Source of the DNA: Carcharhinus longimanus
Lineage: Eukaryota
DNA: 64,000 nt
Assembly (NCBI GenBank): GCA_030264375.1
Contig: JASCQW010000061.1
Span: forward strand, 73,632,713-73,696,712
Direction of reading: 5' to 3'
Shown here: positions 61,685 through 64,000 of the stretch, in pieces
Layout: each line of letters starts with the position of its first letter
How positions within the stretch are numbered: position 1 is the stretch's first letter
Translations under genes and position numbers: made by a program
The notes under the pieces: model-generated
Seen by the model: the letters and a program-made list of their open reading frames with translations, nothing else
Told to the model about the DNA's origin: nothing
Database searches by the model: none

Positions 61685-61830
61685 GTACTCACCTTGGCAG
61701 TCCAAATAAAGTCATTGGTGTTCTTGTGGCACTGGAGCCAGATTCTGGGGACCACACAGGGGCTGCTGACTTCCTCTGCAATCCCCATCCAAGTTTGCTT
61801 GGTTACTCTCCTGTTGAGTAATAATTGGCC
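61685..61830 (-). pseudogene. Harbinger Myb/SANT-like exon relic
   Basis: TKQTWMGIAEEVSSPCVVPRIWLQCHKNTNDFIWTAK followed by a GTGAGT donor. Confidence 0.8.
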
Positions 61831-62414
61831 AGCTGCTGAACAACTGTATGTGGCTGATGAACCACTGCCCAATTGGCAGCAACTTCCAATCCCAATGGCA
61901 GGACCTTGGCCCAGCCACAAAACTTTGCCCTAAGTGCAAGATGTTTGGAAATCATTCCAGATGGTTAATGAGCTGGTTAGTTGATCAGCAGTTTAAAACT
62001 AGATGCAATGTCCTTTGTAGACCAAATTCTATATTGTGGTTTGAATAGCCTTAAGATGAGCATGAACATTGCTGAGCGAAGTTTGCAATCCATCGCAAAT
62101 GACTGATTATATGTACTGATCTCTCAACAATCCTTTGAAACACTCCAGTAAGCCGTTTAGTTCAAGGGCAATTAAGGATGGGTAACAAATGCTAGCCCTG
62201 CCAGCACCACCCACTTCCCACCAAAGAATAAAAAAATTCCACAGCCTGCAAGCCATTTTTAACATCAGCGAAACCAACCAGAGAAGCTGCTAGATTTTCC
62301 CCAACAGCACACCACAGTAGAGTAATTTATGGATTATAAAACAATGACATTTCCATTTGGAAAATACACTGCCACTAATCAAACGGGCAATGACTGATGA
62401 TAGGCAAAATATTG

Positions 62415-63250
62415 GGCACCAGTTTTCTGGGTGCTGTGAGTGCCTTTACAGTTCTAAAATAGTATTGGCAATGTGCAGGAGTGAGTCTTGCTGGATGCCA
62501 CCTCAGTGCAGGCATTAGCATGTATGTAGTCAACATCTGCCGAAATATATGGAGCAGATAAATTATGATTTCAGTCAATGCACTATGTTGATTTTATGTC
62601 AGTGGTGCCATTGTAGAGCTCAACACTCCAGCAATGCCCCCTCTTAAACTCTTACAGCTGGGAAAACATTCAGCAGTAGGAAGAAACCGTTCTCCTCCCA
62701 CGCCACCAACTCCCAGATGCTGACAACCAGAGCTATTTAAATGGGTCATCCATTACTTCCAGTTCCGTTGCTGTTTGACTCCGTTTTGCTGTTGCTATAA
62801 TTCTGGAGGGATTTCACACTCTCTGTGGTTCGTTCTAGATGAAAATGTCTGTAAAAGTGCAACAGGTGGACTTTTGCTGTCTTGAGGGCTGCTCTATAAA
62901 TCATTTTCTCCCAGGCATGGATACATGAGTAGGCCCTTGGAATACAGTAGGACTTTCAGAATGAATGGAGGCCACACACAGCAGGAGATGTAAGTGCAGG
63001 GAGGAGAAAGTAGTATTAAGGTTTGTAAAGGAATGTGTAAATAGCCCCTCCCATTATGATGGTGTAAGAGAATGCTTGATGAGGAGCCAAAAGGAAGAAT
63101 GTTCAGGGCATCAGGCGTGTAACATTTAGTCATGAGTAGCTGCATATGGTTCGGTTGTACATAGCAGCCAGTTATTGTTTGACTACACCAATGTCTCAGC
63201 AATCATTCTTCAACTAGGCCTATCATCATATAACATAGTTGCAGCAATGA
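62415..63250. mobile_element. Terminal region of a Harbinger related to remnant 3
   Basis: GGCATTAGCATGTATG..CAACATC..GAGCAGA..GCTATTTAAA resembles 20400-20520. Confidence 0.45.
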
Positions 63251-63289
63251 TGGACCATCCCCCTCCTCCCCTACACAAAAAAGAAAATA

Positions 63290-63720
63290 CAACCTTAAAC
63301 CAGGTTAAATATCAGACCTGCCAAGACTGCACAACTCTGTAAGGCACAGTTGAAGAATTCCAAAGCTGCTCCATTGATGAAATAGAGGCACGAGACATCT
63401 GTAAATCAAATTTCAATATCATTCAGGGCTACACAACAGCACATGAAGAAAATCCTAATCCAGCCAATGTAACCTTCAAGTCAGAGAACCAAGCAAAGGT
63501 TACAGAACTGAGGAGCAACTCTTAATGAAGGTAAAATTCAATTTTAGTGCCACTCTGGGCAGGTAACATTGGAAAAACCAGATCCATAGTATGGATGGGA
63601 TATAGAAAACCCTGCTGTCCAGATTCAAGGTCATTGCCATTACACATGGTAACCACAAGGCAGCACAAAAGACAAAAAAACTTGGCTGCAAATACTCAAC
63701 GGTTCAGGAAAAAGGTGTGA
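63290..63720 (+). mobile_element. Gypsy protease-region relic
   Basis: QGYT..ANVTFKSENQ..TLGR.HWKNQI resembles the GYT..V..NQ..LLGR.WL motif of Mag-like elements. Confidence 0.45.
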
Positions 63721-64000
63721 ACAGATTATTGAAATGACACAAAGCAGTCTGTAACAGCTTGGCAGTGTTCAAAAAATAAATATGAAGTCTAGCTGAAGGA
63801 TCCCCCAAGAAGAGTCAGTCGCAACAACAAGTCTGGGTGACAGGCTAAATGATGTGAGAAAATTTCAAGTACTGGAAGGGAAATTTAAAACTTTGTGTAA
63901 ACTACCTAAAAGTTTAGAAAAGCTATGGATCCAAAATTTATGCCAGCTGAGAGGTTCGGACATATTGAAGGATAAAACCAAACTTAAAACAGGGCACTTT

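Overview
Vertebrate DNA, almost certainly from a shark (elasmobranch), judged by abundant HE1 V-SINEs and their CR1 partners. It comes from a gapped draft assembly. I recognise no host protein-coding gene, so the window reads as a large intron or gene desert packed with decayed transposable elements. These include about 15 V-SINEs of two tail types, many CR1 fragments, two Rex1/Babar 3' ends, Gypsy (Mag-like) pol remnants, DeuSINE and L2 relics, at least five PIF/Harbinger remnants with their MITEs, and Penelope-like elements (PLEs). AT-rich, TE-free blocks that look like conserved enhancers lie between them. Most interesting signals: (1) short PLE-derived inserts with fixed ends, 12-13 bp TSDs, an inverted arm and a minimal hammerhead-ribozyme motif; (2) one MITE family inserted at the same site, in opposite orientations, in two separate Rex LINE copies, plus a shared Harbinger flank motif; (3) a V-SINE subtype whose tail resembles the Rex/Babar 3' stem-loop; (4) an unexplained ~1.2 kb segment inside a Harbinger. 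Family assignments come from remembered motifs, not database searches, and boundaries of old elements are approximate. I found no convincing wholly new gene system.
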